A stretch of 64,000 nucleotides of DNA from an uncultured Parachlamydiaceae bacterium (GTDB lineage Bacteria; Chlamydiota; Chlamydiia; Chlamydiales; Parachlamydiaceae), in NCBI GenBank assembly GCA_963742415.1, contig CAVULX010000003.1, positions 64,001 to 128,000 of the forward strand. The letters run 5' to 3'. The translations under genes were made by a program, and so were the position numbers. Positions within the stretch are counted from its first letter, which is position 1. Each line of letters opens with the position of its first letter. The notes under the pieces are model-generated. The model ran no database searches, was not told where the DNA came from, and was given only the letters and a program-made list of their open reading frames with translations. Positions 49,301-59,664 of the stretch are shown piece by piece.

Positions 49301-52300
49301 GCTGAGAGCCTTATGGAGGAGAATTAAACAACGTTTCTCTTCATAATTTTTGCCTTTGTCTTTGAAAAAGTAATCAAAAAGACGTGCGTCTAAGAGCGCT
49401 CGCAACGTTTGGGGATCCTCCTTTGTAAGTTGAAGGACTTCCCTTTCCTCTTTAGCATTTGTCATTAAACCTAAGAGGGCTTCTAGATTACCTCTATAAA
49501 GGGTGTTCTCTCTTTTGAAAGAGAGAACGTGGGAAGCTTTATTGTATATAGAACGCAACTGTATTGAAAATTTAGATTGATTATCCCCTGCTAACTGTTT
49601 TGGAGATATGATCATTACAAGATTGTTGCCATCGAGTTTATTCACCGCAATAGCCGGAATGACATAATGGGTCTTTCCCACTCCTGGCTGTGCCTCAAAA
49701 GCAACATCCTTTCTGATCTCTGATAAAATCATTTCCCCTTTTTTTACTTGTTGCTCCCAGAGCATATGTCCCGAACCTGCCTGAAAACGGAGGTTTCTTC
49801 TGAGCACGTCTTGATTGTGGCTATCCAAATTAATAGCTGGGCGAATTTTTAACTCAATGGCTAACTGCTCCACTTTTTCCCAATATTCGGAAGAATGTAC
49901 ATTGGAAGATGCTTTTGAAATTTCATCCATGATTTTGAGAAGTCTTTCCACTTGTTGCAACCGGGAAGTTTTATGGTCAATCCTGGCAATGGCAAGTTCA
50001 AGCTTAGGAATGATGAGATTAGATAATCCTGTATCCTCCACTAAAAGTCCCAATGAATTATTTTCAACCAAGGTAACAAGGTCTAAAAAACCGATCGAAG
50101 CTGTTCCTGACAGAAATCCAAACTTTGTAGTATTGAAAATCCCCAGCAACTTCGATTTCTCTTCCTCAACATGTTGGGAAAAAATAGAATAAAAACTTTG
50201 CAAGCGGATGTAGATATCGATAAGGGCTTTGGTGTCCTTCAAAATGTAATAGGTTGGATTTGGATCTGCTTTCTGGTAAAAAGCCTTGATGCTGTCGTTA
50301 ACACGTTTAATGCGATCTTTAACAACTGGACTATCAGAGGGTCTTTCTTGAAACAACTTAACTTCCACTTCAGGCTGATTCAGTCCCTCTTCTATCGAGT
50401 CCAATTCTTTTTCCAGTTCTGTTAATTCTAGGGCATCTGACTCTTTATCAGATTGGAGATCGCTTTCCTGGTTTAAAACTCCCTTTTCTTCTTTGAACGC
50501 TAGATTGAATAACTGATCTAGAAAGGTATTCACAATCTGATCATCCGTCTTCAACGATGAAAAACTAACCGAAAGGCGGACAATTTGATCTCTTGCTCTA
50601 GCATTTACTGTTTCAATTTTCGTTTTCTGTGTGTACGCATGATAGATTTTGCCGATCACGTGCATGGCGGGCACTGTAAAAATGGGCATCGGTAAGACTT
50701 GTCTCCAGCCTAAATTGCGATCCATCTTTTTAGCTAAGAAATATTTAGCAACACCAGCAACCGCATAGATATACAGGCTCGAACCCAATTCATGTGTGCG
50801 AGCGGCCGTGCACTCAGCCGCAGACAGCATTCCTGATGAAGCTTCACAAAAACTTTGGGTCACCTCGGCAGTTGCAGTGCCTGCTAAATAGACAGTCCCA
50901 TAGACGGCTCCGGCAGTAATCAGGACGTGCTTGGCCGCTCTGGCCACATCCCACCGTGTAATTTTATTCTTGATGAAATATCTTCCAATGCCTCCAACTT
51001 CATTCCTCAGGGATGTTCCTGCATCAAGCATTGGATCCCAAGCCATGTCTGTGACCGCCTTGGAACCCATTTCGGCAAATTGAGAGGTAGGTGCGTAGGA
51101 AAAAAACTGAGGAGGCATCAGTTGGTCTCTGATGGCAGCCAACACCCGATCGGTCCCTATTGCATGAAAAAGATACTTGTATAAAGGATCCACAAATTCC
51201 GACAAAAAATAGGTTTCAAACATACGTGCATTCAACTCTTCGAAAAATTTCCCCCATCGTGGATGCCGTTTGTCAAATTCGGCCTTGTCGGCCCCCGTAT
51301 CCGTAGACATATGAGCGACGATCAAATCATGGGTATCGGGAAAAGCTGTTGGATAGAGTATGATCGCTTCTAGATAAAGCATTAGGACTTGGGTTTGCCT
51401 ATCCCATCCCCCTTTTTTCAAAGTCAACAAACGGATTAAGTCTTCCTGTGTCGGAATAAAATGCTCGGGATACTCCTCTTGTTTGAAAGGAAAATCTCCC
51501 CGAGCCAAAGCATAATGAGCCGAGAAGTTTTTTTTGAACTCCAAAGCTGTCAACGTTTGAGGGTTCATGTTAGGGGAGGGTTCAATCCAAGGATCCATCT
51601 CCCTATAAAATCTTCGTAATCGAAGGGCTTTTAAATCAAACCAACGTTGATCCCGAAATCGGCTGAACGTTTCGATAATAGCACCTAAAACGCCCCCCTT
51701 GTTGTTCCATAAAGTCGCGGTGTAACGAACAGGCTTGCCTTCACATAACGCAGGGATGCCCGAAGGAGCAGAAATAGCCCTTGAAGCTAATTGTACCAGA
51801 GAGGAGATCATGGTATCTTGGATGCCCGCGTTTTCTTTTAACTGCCGGTACCTTTGGCTTAATCCGGGAGTAATACACATGGCTTCGATGATTGTATCCC
51901 AACCGATTTCTTCGACAAAATCTAACACTTTTTTCGGCAACTTGAGCTTATCTCGAAAAACCACACCGAGATGGCGATAAACACATTTAAATAAAAAGAA
52001 CTCTTGATTGGTTGTTAAAGGCTGTCTTGGATCAGGGGCGTTAATGTGGGAATTCAAGTCCCATAAGGCTGTTGCGGCCACTAAAATAAATTGCGCAGTT
52101 TCAGAGCCAAATTTGAAGGGGTTTTGTTCCCCATCTTTTTCATGCACTGCTGATGAAGAATCTGGAAACAAGTGATGGTTTTGTTCAAGCGCAGAAAATA
52201 AACGGCGGCGAAGATATCCAATTCCCTCGATTTCTATGGGAACCAAAGCCAAAAGGGAGATCGTGTTCCAAAGGTAGGATGGCACTTTTTGACTTCTATA

Positions 52301-55300
52301 AATCCTCTCCAATTCTTTGCAAATCTCTTCCGCAGCTTGTTTTTTTCCTTGGATGATATAAAATAATAAAAGGTGTCCCAATTTTTCAGGATCCCCACTT
52401 CCCAAACGGGAACCTCCTGAGTGACCTTCATAGATATCTAATTCTACATAACCTGAGATGGCTAGATTTTCATTGAGGGCAGCGAGCTGATCCTGAACAA
52501 AGCGTTCTGCTGGACCGGTAAGAAATAAAAAGCGGGTAAAAATGCTATGAATGTATTGCTTTTGAGAAAGGAGAACTTTTTTCTTTCCCGCGCCATTTTC
52601 CAAGATAAGGTACGAAGTCATTCCTTTCAGAGCCGAATGTTCCTGACATTTTGCAATGTGAAAGTCAGAAAATTCCTTAGATTTTCCGATAATTTCCCCT
52701 TTTCTGCTCTTATAAAAATTAAAATTTAGATTTTGCTCTTTAAGACAAAGATGGGAAATATATGGATCCCCGGGATAGGCTTTGGCGACGATTTTTTTAG
52801 CGGGACAAAATCGTGTCAAAGGCTTAATTTGAGAAAGAATCAGATCTGTAGGAACAATGACAGGATCCTTTGCCGCTGATGAGGAATTGCTTTCTGCAGT
52901 TGGCAAGTCGATCAATTCTTCCGGATGCTCAGGATTATAAGTTAAAATGGTGAAGTTATTTAAATTACCTTTGCTTTGAATAAGTAACTTTTTTACAGGT
53001 TGCTCTGTTTTTTCTACCCAAAATAAGATATTTTTAAGTAAATGTGTATTCAATTGTGCTTTTAGGTTTTTTATTAAGTTTGATTTAAAGTTCAAAAATA
53101 TTTCCTCGTTACCCGCGGAAATATATTCATATACTACCCCTTCTATAACCTCTCTAAGCACTATTATTTTTTCATTCCCAGACAAGACGACTTCTGCCTC
53201 AAACCGCCCATCTTTTGTGCGGAATAATCGGTCATTGATGATTTTCAGAGAGGATTCATTGATTCCAAGGATTGTTTTAATCTGACTCTTGATGTTCTCC
53301 CATTCCTCAGGTGAGAGACAGATTTTTTTTCCGTTAGATGAATTGGTAAGTTTTATGGATCCGTCTTCAAAGTCCACCAAAACCCCATTTTTCTCAAATT
53401 TCCAATCACCTGCCTGACTCCAATCTATTTGCCCCTCCCCTTCAAATGCGATTCCACGCTTTTTTACTAGATCGTCTAGAATTTCATTTCTTCTGGTTTG
53501 ATCTTTCAAATCGTTCTCAATGATAGGCAGCCATCGTGAAAAAGCCTCCATAAAGTTGGGGATCAAGCGTTGATATTCATCTTTTTCTTCACTTGAAAAA
53601 GCCGCACCATCAAACCACGCATCTAAAAAAATTGAGAGGGTTTTTTGTTTTTCCTCTTCCTGATTGGCTTCCCCAGGAAAACCTAAACTGATGGCATGCA
53701 TAGCTTGAAGGCGTTTTTTGTGCCTCCATGTTACATTGCCTGTAGGGATTTTTTCTAAATAGTCTGTAAAGTCAGGAAAGTAGGCTTTACTTTCAGGATG
53801 ATAGAAACAGCAAAAGCGCTTAATGCGAATTCCTAAATCTATAGACCACAAAAATTTTTCTATATATTTTTGCTCTATAAGCTCATTGAACAGCTCTCCA
53901 AACATTTGGACAGATTGCGGGGATTTCAAGATCTGTTGTTTTAAAGCACCGGGTGCAAAAAAAATGGAATCGAGCCAAATGCGAAAATCGATTTCTTGTA
54001 CATATTTACATATACCCTCTTCTTTAATGAAATTGATATAATGGAGGATACGTTCAGAGATTTCTTTACCTCCAGTCTCTAAAGCATCCCATAAGCGACT
54101 TTTTGGTTTCTCTAAAACAGCGGCTTCTTCCCTGCAATGTTCAGGAAACATTAAATCGGGAGATTCACTCCAGGTCCAAATAATTTTTTGAGATTTAAAC
54201 CCGTTAAGCCATGGAAATTTAGTAAGATGTGTCAACATGGAATAGTCATTCTCGTTGTAGGAAATCTTCCATACGGCTTTTGGCTTTCGCATTGAGCAGT
54301 TTTTTGGATACTCAGGAGGGGGCAAATCTTTTGGGTTTATAAGCTTAGGTTCGGTTTCTTCTCGCAACAATAAAGTGCCAATTGATTGACAGAGCAAAGT
54401 TTGCAATTTCAAAAGGGTAAACGCGCGGGGCAAGAGGGGATTTTTCCTAGTAAACACGAGGGATTCCTGAAAGAGCACCAACATTTTTTGATGTTCTGTC
54501 AATGTTTCGGTAAAGCCTAAATCTTTTAATCGGGCAGAAGTTTTGGGATCTGCAGCTAGTACTTTAAGATACTCTCTTTCTCCCTTTGAGATTCTTTTAA
54601 GCTTTCCTTGGTTAAAATCATCGATGATAGAAGGAACCGGAGGAGGTTTGCCTATATCCAAAGGGTCTTCCCAAATTTTGCTAGAAAAATCCCTGAAGGC
54701 ATCGATGAACTGATAACCTTGTTCATAATAAAATAATCGATTCTTTTGTTTAGAAAAAAATTCTTTCATTTCATATTTCTGTTCTAAAACAAAATCGGGG
54801 AGAAGGTAAAGGTTTAAGCCCTCCAGCCTTTCCAAAAGCTCAGGATCTTCGATGACAAGCCCTTTCGCTGCATAAAAAGTCCGTAAACCAGCTGCATATA
54901 TTTGCTGCTCCTTGATGTGTGCATCTGGGCACTTTCTAGCTAAACAAAGCAAAATGGCTTGAATCTGGTACATCGCCACTATGAATGGTACATTTTTATT
55001 TAAAGTGTTCAGCTCTTCTGATTTCTCTTTCTTTGTTTTTTCACCATTCGTTTGCTGTGTGTTTCCTAATTCTTCTTGTGCCATTTGTTTTTTTAATGTT
55101 TCTGCTCTAGCGTCAATAGACTTATAAATCATCAAATCCAATGAGAGATCAGTAAGCAGATCCATAAACTCTAAAGGATCTTCTACCCTATCCCACATGG
55201 AATCGCCATCGAGTGAAGGGGGATCAAGGGATAAAATCTGTTTAACTAAATAAGCCTCTCTTTTTGCACCCAGTTGGATGGTTTGGTTGGTTAACCAACC

Positions 55301-58219
55301 CCGGATCCTTTTTTTTAGTTCTTTAGACGAGATATTTGAGGAAAGCCTTGGAATATGTTTCATGGGCAGCTTGGAGGAGGTCGTCGAAGATACGGAAGGA
55401 AGTTTAAAATAATGGGGTCTAAACAGGGGAATCCCGTCATTTATAGCCGAAGCATTTTCACTTGAAAATCCTGGAGCAAGGGGAATCGGCGTTTGCAATG
55501 TGAAGGAAACTTCCTTGCTTGTTTTGATCTTATCGATCTCTCCTTTTATCTCTGTTCCTAAGCGGGTCGCATCTTGTTTGAAATTATTTCCAAAATTTAA
55601 ATTCCATATGAGCTGAACCATCATTTTAGCTAATCGTAATGAAACAGCGATTAAGACATTCCGCAGCCAAGACATAACTGAAGGGGGCAAAACATAAGGC
55701 AAGATGGAGATGATCAGAGGTAAATCCAACAAATTCCATATTCCTCCATGGTATACTCCCAGGCCTAATAGAATCACATTCGTGAGCTTCCTGGCAATTT
55801 GCCAATAAATCAATAAGTGTGATCCAAAAAATTTGCCCTCAAATTCACTTTTGGAAGTCTTATTTTGACTTTTGACTTTTGTGGTTTTTTCGGGGATCAG
55901 ATCTTTATAACCATTCAATAGGTCCTTGAAATACTGTCCGATTTCATCTCCAAAAGCCCAAGAAACAAAATCTACCTTTCCTTCAAAAAATTCGGAAGAG
56001 ACTCCTATCAAATCGAACAGGGTTCTGACAGCTTGTTGGGGCCGACCTTCAGCAAAAATATCTCTTGGATTAATTTTTACCTCTATGGTTTTTTCAAGAT
56101 CCGCATAAAGAAAATTTTGTACTGCTTGTTCCAATTCTTTAAGAGTTGCTTCAATGCGTGAAATTCGCATTGAATTTTCTGCCGCTGTTTTTAGAAATTT
56201 TAATTCCTTTTTTATTTCACCCACTGCATTTTGAATCAATCGACAAACTTTCATGTCCGGAATGACAAAGGATTGATTTTCACCGGTCAAATAGGGCTGA
56301 CAGAAGTTTAAAAGTCCTTCAAGGTGCATTTCAAAGACAGGGTGTTTACGTGGTGTAGCAGGGCAAAACAACATTGTCTGCATCATGCGCCAGCTAGAAG
56401 CGGGAAATCTATCGCCGATTTCTGCATCTTCTGCCACACTATTAGGGGCCAAATTTCCTTTCAACATTTCAATAGGTCCTGAATAAATGTCATGCGAATT
56501 GCAAGTCGTTTCAGAATTGCAATAAGGTTCCAAATGGCGAGTAAGCATGGCGTATATAAAATCGGTATTTACCCTTTCTGGATCGATATCTTTTAAACGA
56601 AGAACACAATATGGAAGCCCCGTTTTATAATTCTGCGGGTGATGGGCTAAAGAAGTCCCCAAAGAGTAAATGGCAGTGGAGAAAGTCCCGTCTTCATCTT
56701 TTCCAAATTCAATCCATAAAGGACCTGAAAGCAATAACCAATCTAAACCAGCCAATTCGATCACAGCCCCTGGCACAATGTTTTGAACTTTCTGCAAATG
56801 CTCTGAAAACTGCTTTTGTATTTCACTTTGCTTGGTTTCAATTTGATGATGAATAAAAAGTGTCAATTGTTTTTCAATCTTCGCCAAGATCTCTTCCCTT
56901 TGATCCTGGTCAAAAAGATCCGGCCCGTTTTCGGCTATCCATCGTAAAGTTGATTTCAGCTGGGGTTGGCTTATAAAATGGGAAACATTCCCGAGAACCC
57001 CATCTTGCAAAACATGTTCCAAATATGACTCAAATACGTCTGGAAGACATTTTACTAAATTTGAAGAATTTCCCCTCTCGGGATCAGCAAACAAATAGCC
57101 AAACAACATTTTTGCCATTGAATGATCATCCGAATTCCCTTCAGGAACCTGTGTTGAAGCTGCGCCAAATAGAAACTCGGCATCCGATTCTCGATCATTT
57201 TCAATAGAATCCCCCCCTGCCTCTTCGGAGGGCGTTGCTGATGTCTCTTTTTCTTCCGCCCTCATCCCCTTGCGAAGCGTGCCGAAAAATTGGGTGATCA
57301 TCTCATCAGCTAACTTTTGAGCATCCGGTATTTTTCCCTCAGCCAAACACTCTTTGATAGGTTCAGGCAAAATTTTAGTTGAACTTTCAGGAAGTTGGTT
57401 TAGTTTTAAAAAAATCGATTGCAACGTGGGCCGTAGATTTCCATAACTAAAGAAAAAGATCTTTTTCTCACTTCGCGCTAATTGGTGGATAGCTTGAACA
57501 AGCTGGGTACTTCTATTGCGCATTTTATCCATCCGCTCAGTAAGGGGCAAAGAAACCCCTGAAGGGATAACTTCTTCGATCAACTGACGATCGAGTGTCA
57601 AGGCTTCTCGAAGAAGCCTTATTTTTTCCTGAAAGAAAGGAACCCCATATTCAGGATGTTCTGCCAAAAATCTCTCGAGGTACCTTAATCCTACTTTGAT
57701 GTCTTTCCCATCGTTAAGGCTAAACAAGGATTGCAATATCCCAGCATTAACCTCTTTCCGTTCTTCTGCGGAGATGGAACGGAGAAGGGAAAGGCGGGCG
57801 ATGTTTTCCTTTTCCTCACGAATGCTGTTCTGCCGAGTAGTCTCAAATTCTTGAACTTCAGGCGAACGGGTAAAAGATCCATTTTGCAAGGAAGCCGAAG
57901 CAAGGGGCTTTTTTTTGAGGCTTTCTTTATAAAATTCTACGATTCGAAATCCATAGTTTCTAAGAGAGGCTGTATTCTCTGCCGCCAATGTAGCAACAGC
58001 CCGCGCAAATAGGGATTGAACCTCAAGGTCATAGGCTGTTTTTTTCCAAGGCAATTGGATCCATGAGATCAAATGCCCCTTCCATGAGTCCCTTAGATAA
58101 ACAGTATCTTTTTGAAAAGGGGAAGGAATAAAAAGGGTATTTAATTGCGAAGAGATAGAAGAATCTTTAACGTTTAAGTGCAGCAAATCGAGAAGCTGCT
58201 TGGCTTTAATTGGATTCAT
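46397..58219 (-). CDS. Giant protein (3940 aa) with a C-terminal DUF3638-like P-loop/SF2-like module
   Basis: Uninterrupted 11.8-kb ORF. Contains EAQPGVGKTHYVIP, VIDEAH, CTGTP, AIIDGGAL, TYYDQRHGFGSDIK and a Q/E-rich patch. Confidence 0.8.
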   Translation of the reverse strand: MNPIKAKQLLDLLHLNVKDSSISSQLNTLFIPSPFQKDTVYLRDSWKGHLISWIQLPWKKTAYDLEVQSLFARAVATLAAENTASLRNYGFRIVEFYKESLKKKPLASASLQNGSFTRSPEVQEFETTRQNSIREEKENIARLSLLRSISAEERKEVNAGILQSLFSLNDGKDIKVGLRYLERFLAEHPEYGVPFFQEKIRLLREALTLDRQLIEEVIPSGVSLPLTERMDKMRNRSTQLVQAIHQLARSEKKIFFFSYGNLRPTLQSIFLKLNQLPESSTKILPEPIKECLAEGKIPDAQKLADEMITQFFGTLRKGMRAEEKETSATPSEEAGGDSIENDRESDAEFLFGAASTQVPEGNSDDHSMAKMLFGYLFADPERGNSSNLVKCLPDVFESYLEHVLQDGVLGNVSHFISQPQLKSTLRWIAENGPDLFDQDQREEILAKIEKQLTLFIHHQIETKQSEIQKQFSEHLQKVQNIVPGAVIELAGLDWLLLSGPLWIEFGKDEDGTFSTAIYSLGTSLAHHPQNYKTGLPYCVLRLKDIDPERVNTDFIYAMLTRHLEPYCNSETTCNSHDIYSGPIEMLKGNLAPNSVAEDAEIGDRFPASSWRMMQTMLFCPATPRKHPVFEMHLEGLLNFCQPYLTGENQSFVIPDMKVCRLIQNAVGEIKKELKFLKTAAENSMRISRIEATLKELEQAVQNFLYADLEKTIEVKINPRDIFAEGRPQQAVRTLFDLIGVSSEFFEGKVDFVSWAFGDEIGQYFKDLLNGYKDLIPEKTTKVKSQNKTSKSEFEGKFFGSHLLIYWQIARKLTNVILLGLGVYHGGIWNLLDLPLIISILPYVLPPSVMSWLRNVLIAVSLRLAKMMVQLIWNLNFGNNFKQDATRLGTEIKGEIDKIKTSKEVSFTLQTPIPLAPGFSSENASAINDGIPLFRPHYFKLPSVSSTTSSKLPMKHIPRLSSNISSKELKKRIRGWLTNQTIQLGAKREAYLVKQILSLDPPSLDGDSMWDRVEDPLEFMDLLTDLSLDLMIYKSIDARAETLKKQMAQEELGNTQQTNGEKTKKEKSEELNTLNKNVPFIVAMYQIQAILLCLARKCPDAHIKEQQIYAAGLRTFYAAKGLVIEDPELLERLEGLNLYLLPDFVLEQKYEMKEFFSKQKNRLFYYEQGYQFIDAFRDFSSKIWEDPLDIGKPPPVPSIIDDFNQGKLKRISKGEREYLKVLAADPKTSARLKDLGFTETLTEHQKMLVLFQESLVFTRKNPLLPRAFTLLKLQTLLCQSIGTLLLREETEPKLINPKDLPPPEYPKNCSMRKPKAVWKISYNENDYSMLTHLTKFPWLNGFKSQKIIWTWSESPDLMFPEHCREEAAVLEKPKSRLWDALETGGKEISERILHYINFIKEEGICKYVQEIDFRIWLDSIFFAPGALKQQILKSPQSVQMFGELFNELIEQKYIEKFLWSIDLGIRIKRFCCFYHPESKAYFPDFTDYLEKIPTGNVTWRHKKRLQAMHAISLGFPGEANQEEEKQKTLSIFLDAWFDGAAFSSEEKDEYQRLIPNFMEAFSRWLPIIENDLKDQTRRNEILDDLVKKRGIAFEGEGQIDWSQAGDWKFEKNGVLVDFEDGSIKLTNSSNGKKICLSPEEWENIKSQIKTILGINESSLKIINDRLFRTKDGRFEAEVVLSGNEKIIVLREVIEGVVYEYISAGNEEIFLNFKSNLIKNLKAQLNTHLLKNILFWVEKTEQPVKKLLIQSKGNLNNFTILTYNPEHPEELIDLPTAESNSSSAAKDPVIVPTDLILSQIKPLTRFCPAKKIVAKAYPGDPYISHLCLKEQNLNFNFYKSRKGEIIGKSKEFSDFHIAKCQEHSALKGMTSYLILENGAGKKKVLLSQKQYIHSIFTRFLFLTGPAERFVQDQLAALNENLAISGYVELDIYEGHSGGSRLGSGDPEKLGHLLLFYIIQGKKQAAEEICKELERIYRSQKVPSYLWNTISLLALVPIEIEGIGYLRRRLFSALEQNHHLFPDSSSAVHEKDGEQNPFKFGSETAQFILVAATALWDLNSHINAPDPRQPLTTNQEFFLFKCVYRHLGVVFRDKLKLPKKVLDFVEEIGWDTIIEAMCITPGLSQRYRQLKENAGIQDTMISSLVQLASRAISAPSGIPALCEGKPVRYTATLWNNKGGVLGAIIETFSRFRDQRWFDLKALRLRRFYREMDPWIEPSPNMNPQTLTALEFKKNFSAHYALARGDFPFKQEEYPEHFIPTQEDLIRLLTLKKGGWDRQTQVLMLYLEAIILYPTAFPDTHDLIVAHMSTDTGADKAEFDKRHPRWGKFFEELNARMFETYFLSEFVDPLYKYLFHAIGTDRVLAAIRDQLMPPQFFSYAPTSQFAEMGSKAVTDMAWDPMLDAGTSLRNEVGGIGRYFIKNKITRWDVARAAKHVLITAGAVYGTVYLAGTATAEVTQSFCEASSGMLSAAECTAARTHELGSSLYIYAVAGVAKYFLAKKMDRNLGWRQVLPMPIFTVPAMHVIGKIYHAYTQKTKIETVNARARDQIVRLSVSFSSLKTDDQIVNTFLDQLFNLAFKEEKGVLNQESDLQSDKESDALELTELEKELDSIEEGLNQPEVEVKLFQERPSDSPVVKDRIKRVNDSIKAFYQKADPNPTYYILKDTKALIDIYIRLQSFYSIFSQHVEEEKSKLLGIFNTTKFGFLSGTASIGFLDLVTLVENNSLGLLVEDTGLSNLIIPKLELAIARIDHKTSRLQQVERLLKIMDEISKASSNVHSSEYWEKVEQLAIELKIRPAINLDSHNQDVLRRNLRFQAGSGHMLWEQQVKKGEMILSEIRKDVAFEAQPGVGKTHYVIPAIAVNKLDGNNLVMIISPKQLAGDNQSKFSIQLRSIYNKASHVLSFKRENTLYRGNLEALLGLMTNAKEEREVLQLTKEDPQTLRALLDARLFDYFFKDKGKNYEEKRCLILLHKALSLMYTKGIAVIDEAHEIYRFRHQLNFTIGSSKTIDNDFYIIMEAVARVMIRDPELCGPMQNNKLYTIDKERYEKVIKPRIAEILSKDLRFKIKKNKQARAEFIEFVCDLSEEIPLWITSDLLLYQQISIVKGMLNVLFPMNFKNIASVHYMASQKGNGEFARPSDGNSHVVEQNSIQSPYETLMKTMLMLFANGLNEDQFEKFLAAMAKSARKEMEAKKILYDQTFIYRKFKDDLVESLLFSTTPRSSNPFYFSTFDALRKNLDACLLYVRHCIKNEIRYWTQSIQVTSHDFAMMFHQISCTGTPYNDGTYPDGIKMILDPTTMGELLHIIHQKCSQDRIHILKSNEPTLILKEILKTYFKAGSKFSAIIDGGALFTGKQNEEVAKAMMDHCNRYRPDIEGIKFYKDDEQLYCFVKNETEPRLAATLEKEPKKCLTYYDQRHGFGSDIKQSGDGLETVGPDHPLFRLVQELFRIRDLKKQQKLKQIEDLILKMPVQNIHLCLTKDVQRMILGYDPDDKNLRTPTLHEILNYAVRNEAAIGEEENYPATGKKIFTTSKKAIYHKIMMTPSEQFSKWSNVWKEFKDIFITNNEDDPSKIFGLLRVTVDPKKVLKATKKQALALINNSRSFKEREKKQVKKNLKELAYPVLTEQVVASKQSKEGKLEIAPLDVLEITQTIETNVEQTKEHERQEESQNESQQELQNQQESQQCQSRSRFHYQEIDWPKIEDETSVNWLIFSTPEVENVILSSWTLPFLGMKKQKTCPFYTVRSLLESAGSQTLQVIAPYFDQRLWLSNNFVVRKKYSLLETASEIGSKHQFGLHEVLVHFMETEEGIKILYVGPLSVRDSVMWRKKLTPNPIYWKEKEVKVVLWDVHSRTIQAGYPIAQANLRNNDDFNLLIGQLKILDGTVDVIAEKGVLCKWLKEIDAEKIQDAFEEIHKQRGKQTYSGSIVEDLFIEAIPERPYEEKI

Positions 58220-58329
58220 AAAATTAAATTAGTATTAATTACCGATAATTTTAATAAAATATTACAAAAATTTCAATGTTATTATTATAAAATAATTTAT
58301 TTAAAGATATTACATCTAGATGCTGTATA

Positions 58330-58455
58330 AAAAAAACAGGATAAGCAAGATCGCCTTCGGCGGCAGGATAAGCAGGATAACCAGTAGGAGAAAGTCCCTG
58401 AGGGTTATCCTGCTTATCCTGCCGCCGAAGGCGATCTTGCTTATCCTGTTTTTTT
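58330..58455. repeat. 126-bp palindrome, CAGGAT/ATCCTG family (uninterrupted relative of the 14587 element)
   Basis: ACAGGATAAGCAAGATCGCCTTCGGCGGCAGGATAAGCAGGATAACC is mirrored exactly. A/T-tract flanks. Confidence 0.88.
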
Positions 58456-58479
58456 GAAACTTTGTGCTCTGACTTAATC

Positions 58480-58950
58480 TCAGCCTCTAAAATGGCTTCT
58501 CAACATCCAGGCAATCTTTTCGTGATAGCGCAAACGCTCAATTAACAAATCAGCGCTCCCCTCATCTTTCAATTGCTGGAATTCTGGAATCCAAGGACGA
58601 ATCGTATTGGCTATTTGGACATGATCCTCAATCAACTGCTGAAGCATTTCATTTCCCGTTAATTCACTCTCAGGTTCTTCCAAGGCTGTAATTTCGAGAA
58701 ATTGTTTTAAAGTTGCAGGTGCTTTTTCGTTCAAAGCACGTATCCTTTCGGCTATGACATCAACTGTTTCAGCCAAGGCATGGTATTGATCATCCAACAT
58801 TTCATGTAAGGAAAAAAATCTTTCGTCGACAATATTCCAATGAAAATTTTGAGTTTTTACGTAGAGCACATATGTATCAGCCAAGAGGCGGGAAAGCTGC
58901 TTGCTAATTTTTTGGCAAGCATTTGGATTTAATTGAATAGTCGCACTCAT
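58480..58950 (-). CDS. dps: Dps family DNA-protection protein
   Basis: KTQNFHWNI..FFSLHEML, DVIAERIR and HEKIAWML. Confidence 0.95.
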   Translation of the reverse strand: MSATIQLNPNACQKISKQLSRLLADTYVLYVKTQNFHWNIVDERFFSLHEMLDDQYHALAETVDVIAERIRALNEKAPATLKQFLEITALEEPESELTGNEMLQQLIEDHVQIANTIRPWIPEFQQLKDEGSADLLIERLRYHEKIAWMLRSHFRG

Positions 58951-58984
58951 ACGGCCTCCTCTAATTTAGGCATCAATAAAAGTA

Positions 58985-59524
58985 TTAATTTAGTTTAGGC
59001 GCCTCAGGAAAATCAACTTTAGTATCGATAATAATGTTAAAATAGTTAGTAAACATATTGAGGACGATCACCATGATAATCTCCACAATTTCACTGTCCG
59101 TGACCCCAGCACTCTTTAGATTTTTCACATCTTGATCTGTCACTTTCCCTTTGCTATCAACCACTTGCTTTGTAAACTTCAAAATGGCGCTCGTTTTGGG
59201 ATCTTCAGATTCCCCTTTGCGGGCATGGAGAATCTCATCAGGCTTAATACCCAATGATCCTCCAATGAATGTGTGAGCGGATAAACAGTACTGGCACTGA
59301 TTAGCCTGCCCTACCGTTAAAGCAATTTTTTCCCTCACCTGCGGCCTTATACTCGTTTTATCAACCGCCTTCGAAAGATTAAGATATCCTTCCAAAACCG
59401 CTGGCGAATGTCCCATTGTTTGAAAAATGTTGGGAACTCTCCCCATCTGTTTTTGAATGATCTCCAGCAATTCCTTAGCTTTGCTTCCTGCTTTTTCAGG
59501 TGCGATAGGTGCAACGCGAGTCAT
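58985..59524 (-). CDS. AhpD/carboxymuconolactone decarboxylase family protein
   Basis: GRVPNIF..HSPAVL and REKIALTV..NQCQYCLSAH (CxxC..H). Confidence 0.9.
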   Translation of the reverse strand: MTRVAPIAPEKAGSKAKELLEIIQKQMGRVPNIFQTMGHSPAVLEGYLNLSKAVDKTSIRPQVREKIALTVGQANQCQYCLSAHTFIGGSLGIKPDEILHARKGESEDPKTSAILKFTKQVVDSKGKVTDQDVKNLKSAGVTDSEIVEIIMVIVLNMFTNYFNIIIDTKVDFPEAPKLN

Positions 59525-59664
59525 AATTCCCCCCCTTTTTACATAATCAACATTTAGCCAAAATCCCTTGGCAATGCAAGCTTTTCCATCATATTGTTGC
59601 TAATTTTTTTTTGAATCCTTACATTCACAATCAGTAGTTAAACGTCAGAGCCAGGAGCGGGGCA

